Positions 10,225-21,049 of a DNA stretch of 64,000 bases are shown here, piece after piece. Below the pieces are notes generated by a model. It was not told the DNA's origin and did not search any database. It saw only the letters and a program-made list of their open reading frames with translations. The position numbers and the translations under genes were made by a program. The stretch's first letter is position 1. Each line of letters begins with the position of its first letter. Source of the stretch: an uncultured Bacteroides sp. (lineage in GTDB: Bacteria > Bacteroidota > Bacteroidia > Bacteroidales > Bacteroidaceae); NCBI GenBank assembly GCA_944322285.1, contig CALUOR010000006.1, positions 17,164-81,163 on the forward strand, written 5' to 3'.

Positions 10225-11916
10225 TTAATAGCCCGGATTGTTCTTTCCTTCTAGCAGCGGATTGCTTTGTATTTCAACTAATGGGATGGGGAGCAGTTCG
10301 TGCTTGCCGGTCTGGAAGTTCTTATAAGCGGGATAAGCGTTGCGCCCGTCTTGGGTCAAGGCACTGTTGCCGCCGAACAACTGCAAGGCCTTGTCCAATA
10401 TGCCCCAACGGATAAGGTCGTACTTGCGTTGGCCTTCAAAAGCCAGTTCGAAACCTCGTTCCCAATAGAGGGCCGTGCGGACGCGTCCTTGCTCGTCACT
10501 GTCGTCTATATAAGGAAGGTCGTACACTTTGGGGGCTTTCAGCAGTTTGTTGTAGTTGGAACCATTGATAGGGGTGGCTTCCGCCCGTTGGCGCACGCGG
10601 TTAATCAGGCTCCAGGCGGTGGATGTGTTGCCGGTTTCGTTGTAAGCCTCGGCCGCCATCAGCACTACATCGGGATAGCGGAGTACGCATACATTTATGT
10701 CGGCATAGTTGTTGTTCTTGCCGCGGTCTTCTTCCGTCATCCACTCGCGCCGCCATTTGCCCACATACCAGCCCGTCTGTGAACGTTCCTGTTTCTCATG
10801 TGTCATAGTTTCCATATTCCAAATGAAGCGGTATGTACAGATGTTGACGCTGTCGCGCACATCGTTTTCGTCAAAGAACTTCATCCATTCCGGCACCACA
10901 CCGAAGAAACCGTTGGCACGTTGCATGTACTTGCTCAACTCGGCCGCGGGCACCTCAGGTTCGGCTACCGACGGCCCGTTATAAATGCCCCATGCACTGC
11001 CGTTGCGCATACCTTGGTGATGGTAGAGCGCAACCTCAAAGATACTTTCCCGGGAGTCCAGCATGTCTTGGGAAAGATTTTTGAAAAAGGCTTCGTACCC
11101 ACCATTAAAGAAGTTGTGATAGCCGTTTTCCTCAAAGGCTTCCCATTCGTTGATGACTGCCTCGAAGTAATCCTGTCGGGTCGTTTCGTCCGGACGGGTC
11201 AAGGTCCCGTCCATTTGCAGGCTGTAGCCGGCCCGTTGCAGGTAGACGCGCATTAGCAGTCCCCGTGCTGCGCCTTGGGTGGGACGTTCGGGGCTGGAGG
11301 CCGCTGTGGCCCATTCCAAATGTTCCTTGGCAAAGTCTAAATCTTCGATGATTTGGTCGTAGATGTTTTCCCGGCTGACCCGTGCGCCGAATGTCGATTC
11401 AAAATTACTGGTAGATGCAGTTTTGAAAGGAACGTCTCCCCAATATTTTACTAAGTCGAATGCCAGCATGGCACGCAGGAAGCGTGCTTCCGCTTCTAAG
11501 GCATACAGTTTTTTATCATCGCCATAGTCCGCCATGCCTTGAATACCTTCGATGACGGTGTTGGCACGGTCAATGCCTTGGTACTTGAATTGCCACAAGG
11601 TCTCCATCCACTCGTTAGAGGAACTGAGCGTGTAATGCACCATGTCGTGTATCTGGTTGTCCGAGTTGACACGGATGGTGAAGTATGTGTCGTCTGAGGC
11701 GTGTGCCCCCATTTCGTACCAGCCATAGTGACGATAGTCGGAGATGGAGTTATAGATGCCCATGATAGCCATCTCCACCCGTTCAGTTGAGGTGAAATAG
11801 TCTTCTTTGTCGTAACCGGCATTAGGTTCCTCTTCCAATATGTCCGAGCAGGAGGTGCAGAAACTGCCTGTCAAGAGGAGTGCCAGAATGTATGTATAGA
11901 AACTTTTCTTTTCCAT
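10225..11916 (-). CDS. susD: SusD/RagB family glycan-binding lipoprotein
   Basis: Lipobox (CTSC-SD), EARFLRAMLAFDLVKYWGDVP, LRYPDVVLMAAEA, ERGFELAFEGQRKYDLIRWG; follows SusC. Confidence 0.95.
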   Translation of the reverse strand: MEKKSFYTYILALLLTGSFCTSCSDILEEEPNAGYDKEDYFTSTERVEMAIMGIYNSISDYRHYGWYEMGAHASDDTYFTIRVNSDNQIHDMVHYTLSSSNEWMETLWQFKYQGIDRANTVIEGIQGMADYGDDKKLYALEAEARFLRAMLAFDLVKYWGDVPFKTASTSNFESTFGARVSRENIYDQIIEDLDFAKEHLEWATAASSPERPTQGAARGLLMRVYLQRAGYSLQMDGTLTRPDETTRQDYFEAVINEWEAFEENGYHNFFNGGYEAFFKNLSQDMLDSRESIFEVALYHHQGMRNGSAWGIYNGPSVAEPEVPAAELSKYMQRANGFFGVVPEWMKFFDENDVRDSVNICTYRFIWNMETMTHEKQERSQTGWYVGKWRREWMTEEDRGKNNNYADINVCVLRYPDVVLMAAEAYNETGNTSTAWSLINRVRQRAEATPINGSNYNKLLKAPKVYDLPYIDDSDEQGRVRTALYWERGFELAFEGQRKYDLIRWGILDKALQLFGGNSALTQDGRNAYPAYKNFQTGKHELLPIPLVEIQSNPLLEGKNNPGY

Positions 11917-11943
11917 TGTTATATATATAATATGGTGTAACGA

Positions 11944-14900
11944 TTAGAATGCGATGTTGGCTCCAAAAATAAAGCTGCGGCTGCGCGGATAGGCACCGAA
12001 GTCCACACCCGGTGTCAGTGGGCTACGCATGTTGGATACTTCGGGGTCGAAGCCGGAATAGGGTGTCCACGTCAGTAGGTTGTTGCCCGTGAAGTAGAGG
12101 CGCAGTTTACTCAGACCTATTTTGCGGATGACCTGTCGGGGGAAGGTATATCCCAATGTCATGTTGCTCAGTCGCAGGTAAGAGGCATCTTCCACCGCCC
12201 ACGAGTGTATGTACTTGTCTCCTTGCTCGTTGTCACGCCAAGAGGCGATGGTCTTTCCTGCGTTTAAGGCGGCCAGTTCCGCAGGGTCGGTTACGGCTTC
12301 ACCTTTGTCGTTAACTGTCATCCAGCGGTTGCTACTGTTCATAAAGTCCAAAGAATTGCTGTTCTGTGAGCCTATTTTGGTGGAAACCAGCTTCGTGGCA
12401 TTCAGCACTTCGTTGCCATAACTGTAGGTCAGGAAGATGCTCAAGTCGAAGTTCTTATACGTGAAGTTGTTGTTGATACCTCCGTAGATGATGGGTGAGG
12501 CGTTGCCGATGACAGTGCGGTCATTGTCGTCAATGATGCCGTTCCGGTCTTGGTCCTTGAACTTCCAGTCACCGGGTCGCACGTCTGCCCGGCTGCCCAT
12601 GTAAGGCACGTTGTCTTTCAAGGTATAAGTTTTGGCAGTGGCGTCGTAGTTGAAGTCATCCACCTGATACAGTCCTTCAGTGACATAGCCGTAGAATTGC
12701 CCGATGGGTTCGCCCACCGCCAGACGGTGCGTACTCTGGTTGTAACCGAACTGGGCTTCATAGTACTGCACAGGCTCGCCCGTCAACGCTTCCACCGTGT
12801 TCTTGTTGTGCGACAGCGTTATCTGGGTAGTCCAGTTGAAGTCTTTGGTCGTGATGTTATTGGTGTTGATGGTAAGATCCACACCCATGTTCTTTGTCTC
12901 GCCGGCGTTGATCATCATGGTGCCATAACCCGACGACAGGGGAACTTGCGCATTGAGCAACAGATTACTGCTTCGGTTGATATAGAACTCAGGCGAAATG
13001 GTGATGCGCTGCTCCAGGAAACCGAGGTCCAGGCCGAAGTTGAACGTCTTGTTCGCTTCCCACTTCAAGTCGGGATTGGGGATGTTGCTCGGCGCATAGC
13101 CCGATACCAGCTGTCCGCCCATTGCTGTGTTGAGTGACGTGAGCAACGCCAGGCTGTTGTAGCTGCCAATGCGGTTATTACCCGCCAGACCATAGCCGAT
13201 GCGTAGCTTCAGGTCGGAGAACAGGTTGAGGTTCTTGATGAAGGCTTCCTCGCTTAGTCGCCAGGCGGCGGATATGGCGGGGAAATAACCCCACTTGTTC
13301 TCCTTGCCGAACTTGGACGAACCGTCGGCACGCATCGTGGCGCTCAACAGATATTTATCGTTAAAATCGTAGTTGACGCGGGTGAAGAAGGACAGCAGGT
13401 TGTCGTCATCGTTCACACTGGTTTTGGCGACAGAAGGAGTACCCAACCCCATATCGTCCAATCCAAAGTCGTCAGAAGACATGTTGATAACGCCTGTCTC
13501 CACGTAACGTTGCCAGCGATGTACAAACTCCTGTCCCAACTGAGCGGTCAACTTGTGAGTTTTCTTGAAACGTTTTTCGTAAGTTAGCACGTTCGAGGTC
13601 TGGAAACTGCCGTCTTCTGTGTTACGGATGGTTCCATAGATGCCGTTACGGCGTCCCATGATGGATCGTTCGCCGTAGAACAGTTCGCGGCGTTGCGTGC
13701 GGTAGCGCATACCAGTCGTGTTGCGGAAAGTCCAGCCTTTGGCTATCTTGTACGTCAGTCCACCGTTGGCTTGGAGGGTGCGTATCTCGCGGTCGTCCTT
13801 CTCCTCGGCGGCATTGATGAGCGGGTTTTGCGTCACGGCGTCATCCGTCTCGTCCGTTAGGGCGTCTTGCGTAAGCAAGTCGGCATCGTTGTAACGCAAT
13901 CCTTGGATGGGACGATAGAGCAGAATTTGTGTCATCTTGTTGAAGCGGGCATCCGTGTTGCTGCCGCCTTCGTTGGTGCCATTACCCGCCACGCCCGCTC
14001 CGTAGATGCTGCGTTGGTCGAAGGTGAAACGGCCGGTCACGCTCAGCTTGTCATTCAGCTTGCCGTTGATGCTCATGGAAATATTGTGACGGTCGCTGCC
14101 GCTGTACACCATGGCTCCTTCATCCTTGTTGTAATTATAGGAGAGGTTGTATTTCACGGCATCACTTCCTCCGCTGAAGGCCACGCGGTAGTTTTGCGTC
14201 AGTGTAGTGCGGCCCATGCTCTCGTCCAGCCAGTCGATGCCTGCACGGTTGGCGTAGTTGTCATGTATCTCCAGAAAACTTCCATACCGTTGCTGCCAGC
14301 CCAACATGGCTCCTTCCAGTTCACCGTTTGGATTGCCCAAGGTGCGTTCGTAGTCTGCCAATACGAATTCTTCTACATTGAGCACTTTCAGCCGGTTGGC
14401 GAGCTTGCGGAAACCCAAATAGAAATCGAAACTCAGCGTCCCTTTCCCTTCCTTTTGGCTGGAGCCGCTCTTGGTGGTCACTAATACTACGCCGTTGGCA
14501 CCGCGCGCACCGTAAATGGCGGTGGCGGAAGCGTCCTTCAGCACGTCAATGCTCTCGATGTCTGCCGGGTCGAGGTTGCTCATACCGTCCTCGGTAGGAA
14601 AACCGTCGATGACATACAGTGGCTCGTTATCCTGCGTGATGGAGATACCTCCGCGCACTCGTACTGATACGTCCGAACCTGGTTGACCATCGCTTTGGAT
14701 GACTTGCACACCGGCCATGCGTCCCGCCAAAGCCTGCGTGGCATCTGAAGTAGGCACTTTCGTGAGATCTTCGCTCTTGACCGAAGCTACCGAACCGGTC
14801 AAGTCCTTGCGTTTCATGGTGGCATAGCCTACCACAACGACTTCTTCCAGTAGTTGGTCGTCCGTGCGCAGGGTAACGTCAATTTGTTTGCGTCCCTTGA

Positions 14901-15159
14901 CAGGCACTTCCTGTGTCTTTAATCCGATGAAGGAGAATACCAATACCTCTTTCGATGCGTCGTTCACCGTGATGGTATATTGCCCGTTAACGTCTGTAAT
15001 GGTGCCTACACCGGAAACGCCTTTGATAGTAACGTTACCTCCAATCACTTCCAATCCCTCGTTGTCTATCACCTTACCGGTGACAGTGAGTTGCTGTGCG
15101 CGGATGCCGGTAGCTATGCCGGTTATCAGCAACAATGTGATGATTAGTCTGTTTCTCAT
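11944..15159 (-). CDS. susC: SusC/RagA TonB-dependent transporter
   Basis: LEEVVVVGY, DIESIDVLKDASATAIYGARGANGVVLVTTK plug motif, C-terminal Phe. Confidence 0.97.
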   Translation of the reverse strand: MRNRLIITLLLITGIATGIRAQQLTVTGKVIDNEGLEVIGGNVTIKGVSGVGTITDVNGQYTITVNDASKEVLVFSFIGLKTQEVPVKGRKQIDVTLRTDDQLLEEVVVVGYATMKRKDLTGSVASVKSEDLTKVPTSDATQALAGRMAGVQVIQSDGQPGSDVSVRVRGGISITQDNEPLYVIDGFPTEDGMSNLDPADIESIDVLKDASATAIYGARGANGVVLVTTKSGSSQKEGKGTLSFDFYLGFRKLANRLKVLNVEEFVLADYERTLGNPNGELEGAMLGWQQRYGSFLEIHDNYANRAGIDWLDESMGRTTLTQNYRVAFSGGSDAVKYNLSYNYNKDEGAMVYSGSDRHNISMSINGKLNDKLSVTGRFTFDQRSIYGAGVAGNGTNEGGSNTDARFNKMTQILLYRPIQGLRYNDADLLTQDALTDETDDAVTQNPLINAAEEKDDREIRTLQANGGLTYKIAKGWTFRNTTGMRYRTQRRELFYGERSIMGRRNGIYGTIRNTEDGSFQTSNVLTYEKRFKKTHKLTAQLGQEFVHRWQRYVETGVINMSSDDFGLDDMGLGTPSVAKTSVNDDDNLLSFFTRVNYDFNDKYLLSATMRADGSSKFGKENKWGYFPAISAAWRLSEEAFIKNLNLFSDLKLRIGYGLAGNNRIGSYNSLALLTSLNTAMGGQLVSGYAPSNIPNPDLKWEANKTFNFGLDLGFLEQRITISPEFYINRSSNLLLNAQVPLSSGYGTMMINAGETKNMGVDLTINTNNITTKDFNWTTQITLSHNKNTVEALTGEPVQYYEAQFGYNQSTHRLAVGEPIGQFYGYVTEGLYQVDDFNYDATAKTYTLKDNVPYMGSRADVRPGDWKFKDQDRNGIIDDNDRTVIGNASPIIYGGINNNFTYKNFDLSIFLTYSYGNEVLNATKLVSTKIGSQNSNSLDFMNSSNRWMTVNDKGEAVTDPAELAALNAGKTIASWRDNEQGDKYIHSWAVEDASYLRLSNMTLGYTFPRQVIRKIGLSKLRLYFTGNNLLTWTPYSGFDPEVSNMRSPLTPGVDFGAYPRSRSFIFGANIAF

Positions 15160-15190
15160 ATTATGGTATATTATGTTATTATTCGCTTTC

Positions 15191-15349
15191 TAAATGGGAA
15201 TTTAGCGGGGGCGGAGCCCCGCAATGTGTCAATGTGCTAATATGCCAATGTGCTAATGCCCTGCGGCATGAGAACACGCCAAAGCAAACAAAGCGCAGCC
15301 CCATTAGCACATTGGCACATTAGCATATTAGCACATTAAATTATCATTT
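15191..15349 (-). repeat. Constant-end intergenic element (family 1), copy 1
   Basis: TAAATGGGAATTTAG ... TAAATTATCATTT enclosing a GCGGGG-GCGGAG-CCCCGC hairpin and inverted arrays of a 9-mer (TAGCACATT). Confidence 0.85.
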
Positions 15350-15350
15350 C

Positions 15351-17903
15351 TCATTGTACATTCCTTGTTGATATGGCTTGTCGGTCGGTCATTTCCTTCA
15401 CCCGGTACGTGCCATCAGTCTCATCATAAAGAATGGACGAACCGATGTATTCGCGGGTATAAAGACTATCGCCAAAAAACGGATTGTCATCGCCATAACT
15501 GAAGGCGGCCGGTTCCGTGGCGTGCGTCACTTGCAGACGGGCAGACTCGGTTGTGTCTAGGGAAGCTTCGATGCTCCAGTCACCAATATGGAAGACATTG
15601 CCCTCGCGCCGGATGGCTACAGGACTGTCCTCTCCGATTGTCCCTACTTGGATGAGGGCTAAATAGCGAGTAGAGGTCGTACCATTCACGCTGGCTGTCA
15701 GATGCCATTGGTTGGGATAATCGGGGCCTTGGTTCGTAGGCGGCACTGCAAATTGGTCTGTCTGCGTAAAGGTTACACTGTTTCCGCTATACAGGTTGGT
15801 CACGGCAAAATAACTGCCGTTGTCGCTGCTCAAGGTCTGTTCGTCCGTGTTGATGCTGAATTGTGTTGCACTATGCAGCAACCAGGCCCAACGGACGGGT
15901 TCGGAAGCCTCCAGCTCATCGTAGATAACTACCGTGGTGGGTTGCAGCAACAAAATGTGGCGGCGGTATTTGGTGAGTGGTGTTTCGCCGAAGCCGTACT
16001 CTGGCGTTTGCTCGATTCCCGCTGCTTCGAAGGCTGCTGTCCATAAGGGATCGTCCGTGATGCCGCAATAGGCATGGGAAGCGTCTCCCAGACAATAACT
16101 GATGTGATTGCCGGTGAGGGCACGGGTCACGTTGCCATATCCTTTGGTGGAGTAAGGCTGACCGATGCCGTTCACCAATATCGTGTTGTGCGCCCGAGTG
16201 TGGCGGTAGGACATCAGGTTGTGGGCATCGCTGAAGTTCTGGTAGTAGCCGCTGCTGCGGTAGATATTCTCACCGCTGTAAAGCAGGTTGAACGCGTTTT
16301 GGCTGGCGGTGGTATGGCTGCCCGAGCCGAAGGTGCTGGAGCGGAACGACAAAGCCAAGTCGTGCTTCGTGTCGCCCGGTCGGCTGTGCATGGCCACTTC
16401 GCCTGCATCCTGATACCACACTAAGTGAGGAGCGTCAGCGGGCAGTTCGGACGTATAGTCACGGTCGGTGCACATGCGGTAGAGGCGTAACTCGTAATCG
16501 GACTGTACCAAGTTGCTGCATTCAGTGGCATACCAGCCCGCATAACTATCATTTACCTCGCGGGCGATGTAGTCGACAAAGGCAGCGGTCAGGCGGTTTG
16601 GTTCGTTGCCCGATTCGCTGTTGTCGCCAAAACCATTGCTGGCGGAATGGGGCGGAAAACTGTAGGCCAACGCTTGCCCGCAGTTGCGGTACCACGGATG
16701 TTGCAGGAAGTCATAGCGGACTACGTAGGACAGCAGGGCAGGCATGTAAGCCAGCGTTTTAACGTTGGCGGGGAAGTATCCCGTGCCGTTATGCCACACG
16801 CCATCGCGGTTGAAACCTCCGGCGGGAGCGCGGGCTGTCCAGAGTTCGTAATAATACTCCAGCATGGGTAGTACCTCATCGGAGTATGTGGGATGGTTGT
16901 ACAGCAAGAAGGCGCATTGGAAGTAGATGCGCATATTTTGTTGCCAAAAATGGTTGTCGAAGAGGTGGTTCTCCTGATAACCCACGTTCTCCGTATAGTA
17001 ATGGCGTAGCACACGCAACATCAGTGTTTCGGCGGCCGTGCGCTCGGTGGGAGTCAGTTGGTCGTACAGCAGGTCGTAAGCGGCGGCATGGCACAAGGCA
17101 ATGGCACTGGACGTAAAGTTGTCGGCAAAGAGTTCGGCGTCCGTAGGCGGCGTAGCGATAAAGGCATTCAGTAGTTCTTTCAGTTTGTCGGTGTAGACTG
17201 TCCGGCTGGTCAGCATGTAAGCATGGTAGAGCCATGTGGCGTGCTGGCGCAGAGTCTCGGCGCGGGAGGTAAGATTCCCGGTGGTATAGTCTTCGGCCAA
17301 GGCAATGTCGGCACGAGAGGTCAGTCCGCGGTATTCGGGGTGGGAAGTTACCGTACGTCGGGCGGCATCGATGCGGGGATTGAGGAAGCAATAGAGGCGC
17401 GGATAAATGCGGGGCGCATTCTGTAGGAAGGTTTCGAATGCAGGGGTGACGAACACGGATAGTCCGGCAGTTACCTCGAAGCGGTAGGTGTCACTCCAAT
17501 CACCTGCCTCCGTCCCGTCGGCTTTGACGGAGCGGAAACGCCAGTACCACGTGCCTTCCTCCAGTTGGCGGTGCAGGTTGAACATACACCAAGGCTGAGG
17601 CTCACTAAGGATGGCTTCCGCATCATTGAAGTCCTCCGTGCGCGACAGGTTGAACTGTAGGCATTCGCCTGTCTTCATGCTTTGGGGTACGATGAGGGGG
17701 GCAGGGTTTAGCATCAGTTCGTTTGTCTCTTTGGGATAGGGCTGTGTGCGTATCTTGTCTTGGTAAGCGTCTGGAGCCTCCACAGGTTGTTCAGGCTGCG
17801 GTTGTTCGGGTTCCGGTAGGTTGTCGCTTTGGCACGAGCAGTTGCTCAGCAGGCAGAGGGCAGCCAAGGCAAGAATTGGTGTACGGAAAGAATGGTGTAT
17901 CAT
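15351..17903 (-). CDS. DUF4962 / heparinase II-III-like polysaccharide lyase, lipoprotein (PL15-like)
   Basis: Lipoprotein signal; motifs DNHFWQ, DGVWHNGTGYF, SHTTASQNAF, HTRAHNTILVNGIGQ; paralogous to 21050..23656. Confidence 0.8.
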   Translation of the reverse strand: MIHHSFRTPILALAALCLLSNCSCQSDNLPEPEQPQPEQPVEAPDAYQDKIRTQPYPKETNELMLNPAPLIVPQSMKTGECLQFNLSRTEDFNDAEAILSEPQPWCMFNLHRQLEEGTWYWRFRSVKADGTEAGDWSDTYRFEVTAGLSVFVTPAFETFLQNAPRIYPRLYCFLNPRIDAARRTVTSHPEYRGLTSRADIALAEDYTTGNLTSRAETLRQHATWLYHAYMLTSRTVYTDKLKELLNAFIATPPTDAELFADNFTSSAIALCHAAAYDLLYDQLTPTERTAAETLMLRVLRHYYTENVGYQENHLFDNHFWQQNMRIYFQCAFLLYNHPTYSDEVLPMLEYYYELWTARAPAGGFNRDGVWHNGTGYFPANVKTLAYMPALLSYVVRYDFLQHPWYRNCGQALAYSFPPHSASNGFGDNSESGNEPNRLTAAFVDYIAREVNDSYAGWYATECSNLVQSDYELRLYRMCTDRDYTSELPADAPHLVWYQDAGEVAMHSRPGDTKHDLALSFRSSTFGSGSHTTASQNAFNLLYSGENIYRSSGYYQNFSDAHNLMSYRHTRAHNTILVNGIGQPYSTKGYGNVTRALTGNHISYCLGDASHAYCGITDDPLWTAAFEAAGIEQTPEYGFGETPLTKYRRHILLLQPTTVVIYDELEASEPVRWAWLLHSATQFSINTDEQTLSSDNGSYFAVTNLYSGNSVTFTQTDQFAVPPTNQGPDYPNQWHLTASVNGTTSTRYLALIQVGTIGEDSPVAIRREGNVFHIGDWSIEASLDTTESARLQVTHATEPAAFSYGDDNPFFGDSLYTREYIGSSILYDETDGTYRVKEMTDRQAISTRNVQ

Positions 17904-17936
17904 GGAATTACGGTTTTATATTGTTGGGCTCTTTGT

Positions 17937-17976
17937 CAACACTTCCCCTCCCAAGTATTCAGGAGGGAAAGTGTTG
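17937..17976. other. Intergenic stem-loop
   Basis: CAACACTTCCCCTCC-N10-GGAGGGAAAGTGTTG, 15-bp stem with 1 mismatch. Confidence 0.55.
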
Positions 17977-18031
17977 TTATTCTACAATCATACCGCATTG
18001 TCGGTGGTGTAAGCGAAGAGCGAATGTTGCT

Positions 18032-18970
18032 TTATTGTTCTATATCTGACGAAAAAGCATTGTCTATCTCCAGTTTTACGGTAGTTTTTCCGTTACCACC
18101 GTCACCGGTGAGGCTGACGCTGGTGTTGGGTGTCAGAGTCTGCATGTCTTCAGCGGCTATCTTCAGAGTTACCCCCGTCTCATTTTCATTACTGGTGAAC
18201 GTAATTCCTGAACCTCTAGTTTCATCGGCTACCGTAGGAAATACGTAGCAATAGAATACGTAATTACCGCTGCTCAGTACATCAATGGCATCTGCCCCAT
18301 CATTTCCTGTTTTGAGTTGCCCTTTTGCTATAGCTTTACCCGTTGCTACATTGAATCCGTTTCCGCCATAGAGATTGGGAGTGACTTTATCTAAGTCTTT
18401 CAAACCTAAGTCATCAACTTTGTCTGCACGTACGGCCAAACGAACTACGGGGCGTTTTAAAGTAATGGTACCTTCAAGGTTTTCATCCTCTATACAAGCG
18501 CAGAAAGCGTCCATGGCCTGATTATTGAACAGATTATTGGCTTTATTTGCAGTATAAGTAATATACTGCAATCCTACTCCTTCTGTTTTATTGTTTTCAA
18601 TGTTATAGTAGCCTTTTCCTTCTGAGGGTACATAATCGGCCCAAAAGAGGTATTTCGTTGCACCTTCCGGTTTTTCAAACTCAAAGGTTACTGTACCTTT
18701 CGCTTCATCTACTGTACCGCTAAGTTGTGTATTCTCACCGATGTTAATACGATTGTTGTCTTTATCCAATATTTCCATCGTACAGCGCATCTTGTGGTTG
18801 GCTACGCTTACATCGGCACGTGTATTCGGCGTAGCTGCGGGTACTTTTACGGAGAGTCGCACCATGCCGTCATCCGGCTGATTAACAGACATCACTTCAT
18901 CCTGGCTGCACGATGCTACGAACAGCATCATGAATATTGCCATCACGGAATAAAATACATTCTTTTTCAT
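18032..18970 (-). CDS. Pilin-like lipoprotein (DUF6562/FimB-like)
   Basis: Lipobox FVASC-SQDE, PNTR-A putative processing site, YLFWADY and MDAFC...ITLKRPV motifs. Confidence 0.6.
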   Translation of the reverse strand: MKKNVFYSVMAIFMMLFVASCSQDEVMSVNQPDDGMVRLSVKVPAATPNTRADVSVANHKMRCTMEILDKDNNRINIGENTQLSGTVDEAKGTVTFEFEKPEGATKYLFWADYVPSEGKGYYNIENNKTEGVGLQYITYTANKANNLFNNQAMDAFCACIEDENLEGTITLKRPVVRLAVRADKVDDLGLKDLDKVTPNLYGGNGFNVATGKAIAKGQLKTGNDGADAIDVLSSGNYVFYCYVFPTVADETRGSGITFTSNENETGVTLKIAAEDMQTLTPNTSVSLTGDGGNGKTTVKLEIDNAFSSDIEQ

Positions 18971-19038
18971 GATTGTTAGAGAATTAAATAAAACGAAATT
19001 ATTAAATTGGTATTTATAAAATTAAACGGTTTTTCTTG

Positions 19039-20061
19039 TTAAATGACATCTACTTCTATTTCCACTTCCTCATCGAAGCTGGTGTCAATGCCTATGCCAT
19101 CGCTCTCACCCGTTTGCGTGGGGTCGGCTGTAAGGAAGTCATTGCGCACCGTCACGTTCATGCCTCGTTCGGCAGGTATGCGAATGATGGAGCGCGCGAT
19201 GGTGACGTTCTCACTGTCCACAATCTCCACTTCAACGGGTATCCGGCTGCCTTCGGTCTCGCAAAATACATAGTCGAAGCCGATGGACACTTCATCTCCC
19301 TCAATGCGGGAGAGACGGAAGTTATACTCATAGGACAGGTAGGAGAGGGGATTGCGCAACTCATCGGTCAGCACATCGATGCCTACGAGAAGGTAGTCGC
19401 TGTACTTGATGCGGGCGGTGAAGTTATCGCCTTGTGCCTCGCCTGCGGCAATCTTGTCGCGCAAGGCTTGTACGTCGGTGGCTATCAGTTCGTAGCGTCC
19501 TACGAGACGTTCTAAGGTCATATTAACGGGAACTACTGTGTTCCATTCATCCCGGTGAGGTGTAAGGTCTACTTCCTGCATACCGCAGAATGCGTCTTTG
19601 TATTCGCTGTTGCCACGGTAGGTGCCGTTGTTGATGAGGGGGGAGAGGGTGCTGGTGTCGTACCACCAGTCTTCGATGGTGTCGCCTTCTTGCACGTAGT
19701 CCATCCAAACAGCCAGACGATAGTTGCGGGCATGGAGGGGCAGCGTTGCGGGAATGCTGATGTGGGTACGTCCTTCTACCACGTCTTCATAGATTACCTG
19801 GCGGACAAAGGAAGCATCGCTCAGGTAAGCGTCAATGGTGAAACGATGGAGGTAGCCTTCTTCAGCAGGAGCACGGTTGGTGCTTCCTTCTTCTTCGGAC
19901 AGGGTGAGGCTGAGCGAGAGTTGGGCATTGACGGTGACTTCCGTAGGGTCTACGCCCCACTCGCCTTCGGCGGTCAACTCCGGTTCTTCGTGCAGCTGGC
20001 AGGCTCCCATAAGGAAAGGCAGAACCAGCGGGTATAAACGGTGTATGATGTTCTTTTTCAT
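19039..20061 (-). CDS. Pilin-like lipoprotein (DUF6562/FimB-like)
   Basis: Start reassigned to MKKNIIH; lipobox LMGAC, STNR-A site, LAVWMDY and KDAFCG...MTLERLV motifs shared with the neighbour. Confidence 0.6.
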   Translation of the reverse strand: MKKNIIHRLYPLVLPFLMGACQLHEEPELTAEGEWGVDPTEVTVNAQLSLSLTLSEEEGSTNRAPAEEGYLHRFTIDAYLSDASFVRQVIYEDVVEGRTHISIPATLPLHARNYRLAVWMDYVQEGDTIEDWWYDTSTLSPLINNGTYRGNSEYKDAFCGMQEVDLTPHRDEWNTVVPVNMTLERLVGRYELIATDVQALRDKIAAGEAQGDNFTARIKYSDYLLVGIDVLTDELRNPLSYLSYEYNFRLSRIEGDEVSIGFDYVFCETEGSRIPVEVEIVDSENVTIARSIIRIPAERGMNVTVRNDFLTADPTQTGESDGIGIDTSFDEEVEIEVDVI

Positions 20062-20084
20062 TTCAGACAATGTTTTTAGCAGGT

Positions 20085-20816
20085 TTACAGACGGTACACT
20101 AACGAGAGGCCTATGCGAGTCAGTCCCCAATAGTTGCGTATGCGGGTGTTGAGCAGCGCGCCGTTCTCTATATTATAATAGGTATTATACTTCATGTTGG
20201 CATAGCCGAGACCCACGTTGAATTCCGCGCCCCAGTGTTCTCCTAAGGGCAACTTGTAGCCGTAGCTCAGTCCGGCTCCCAGCAAAGGGCGGCCTTCGTC
20301 TTGATAACGGTTTTCGTCCCACTTCAAGTTATACCAGGCAGCATGGGCATGCAGGCCAAAGAAGTGACCGCGTCCCGTTTCTTTCCCCATCCACCAACGC
20401 AGTTCGGGTTGCAGGGCTACGATGCGTAGGGCGTGTTCACGCTGTGCGTCCCACAGACTCCACGTCACGGGAATGTCCAGCGTCATACGGCTGTGTACTT
20501 GTACTTCGTAAGCCAGGTTGAGCGCACCGATGGCGTCAAAGGCCAGATTGGTCTTCAAGGCATGGTAACGGACTCCTGAGCGGACTGTCGGATTCTTCAC
20601 TTCTTTCTTTTTCTCTCGTGAGGCAATTTTTTTTCTCTCACCTGCTTCCGGTTTCGAAACCTTGGGTCTCTTGCCGGAAGGATAGTACACGGTCGTCTCT
20701 TCAGGAGCGGCGGAAGTCATTACTTTGGGTTTCCCTTCTTGCTGCTGTGCCCAAAGGGCATTGGCTGCCAGCAGGCACATCGCCAAGGAAAGAGTTCGTA
20801 GCATGTTCGTTCTCAT
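20085..20816 (-). CDS. DUF3575 outer-membrane beta-barrel protein
   Basis: ALKTNLAFDA..LNLAYE, LQPELRWW, GHFFGLHA, GAGLSYGY, YWGLTRIGLSLVY; start reassigned to MRTNML because the longer ORF reads through a repeat. Confidence 0.8.
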   Translation of the reverse strand: MRTNMLRTLSLAMCLLAANALWAQQQEGKPKVMTSAAPEETTVYYPSGKRPKVSKPEAGERKKIASREKKKEVKNPTVRSGVRYHALKTNLAFDAIGALNLAYEVQVHSRMTLDIPVTWSLWDAQREHALRIVALQPELRWWMGKETGRGHFFGLHAHAAWYNLKWDENRYQDEGRPLLGAGLSYGYKLPLGEHWGAEFNVGLGYANMKYNTYYNIENGALLNTRIRNYWGLTRIGLSLVYRL

Positions 20817-20844
20817 ATTAGTTAGTTTCTGCAATGTATACCTT

Positions 20845-21044
20845 AAATGATAATTTATCGGGTTGTTTTTAGGCACGGATTGCACGGATTGGTCACGGAT
20901 TTCTTTTGTCATGCTGAACGTAGTGAAGCATCTCCTAGTGCGTTCGGGAGATTCTTCGCTTCGCTCAGAATGACAAATACAAGAGATTTTCTTAAAAATC
21001 CATGTAATCCGTGTAATCCGTGCCTAAAACTAAATTCCCATTTA
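20845..21044 (+). repeat. Constant-end element (family 1), copy 2, with a nested REP-like palindrome
   Basis: AAATGATAATTTA ... CTAAATTCCCATTTA; cargo is CACGGATT / AATCCGTG inverted arrays around TGTCATGCTGAACGTAGTGAAGCATCT...AGATTCTTCGCTTCGCTCAGAATGACA (20907-20975). Confidence 0.85.
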
Positions 21045-21049
21045 CCTCT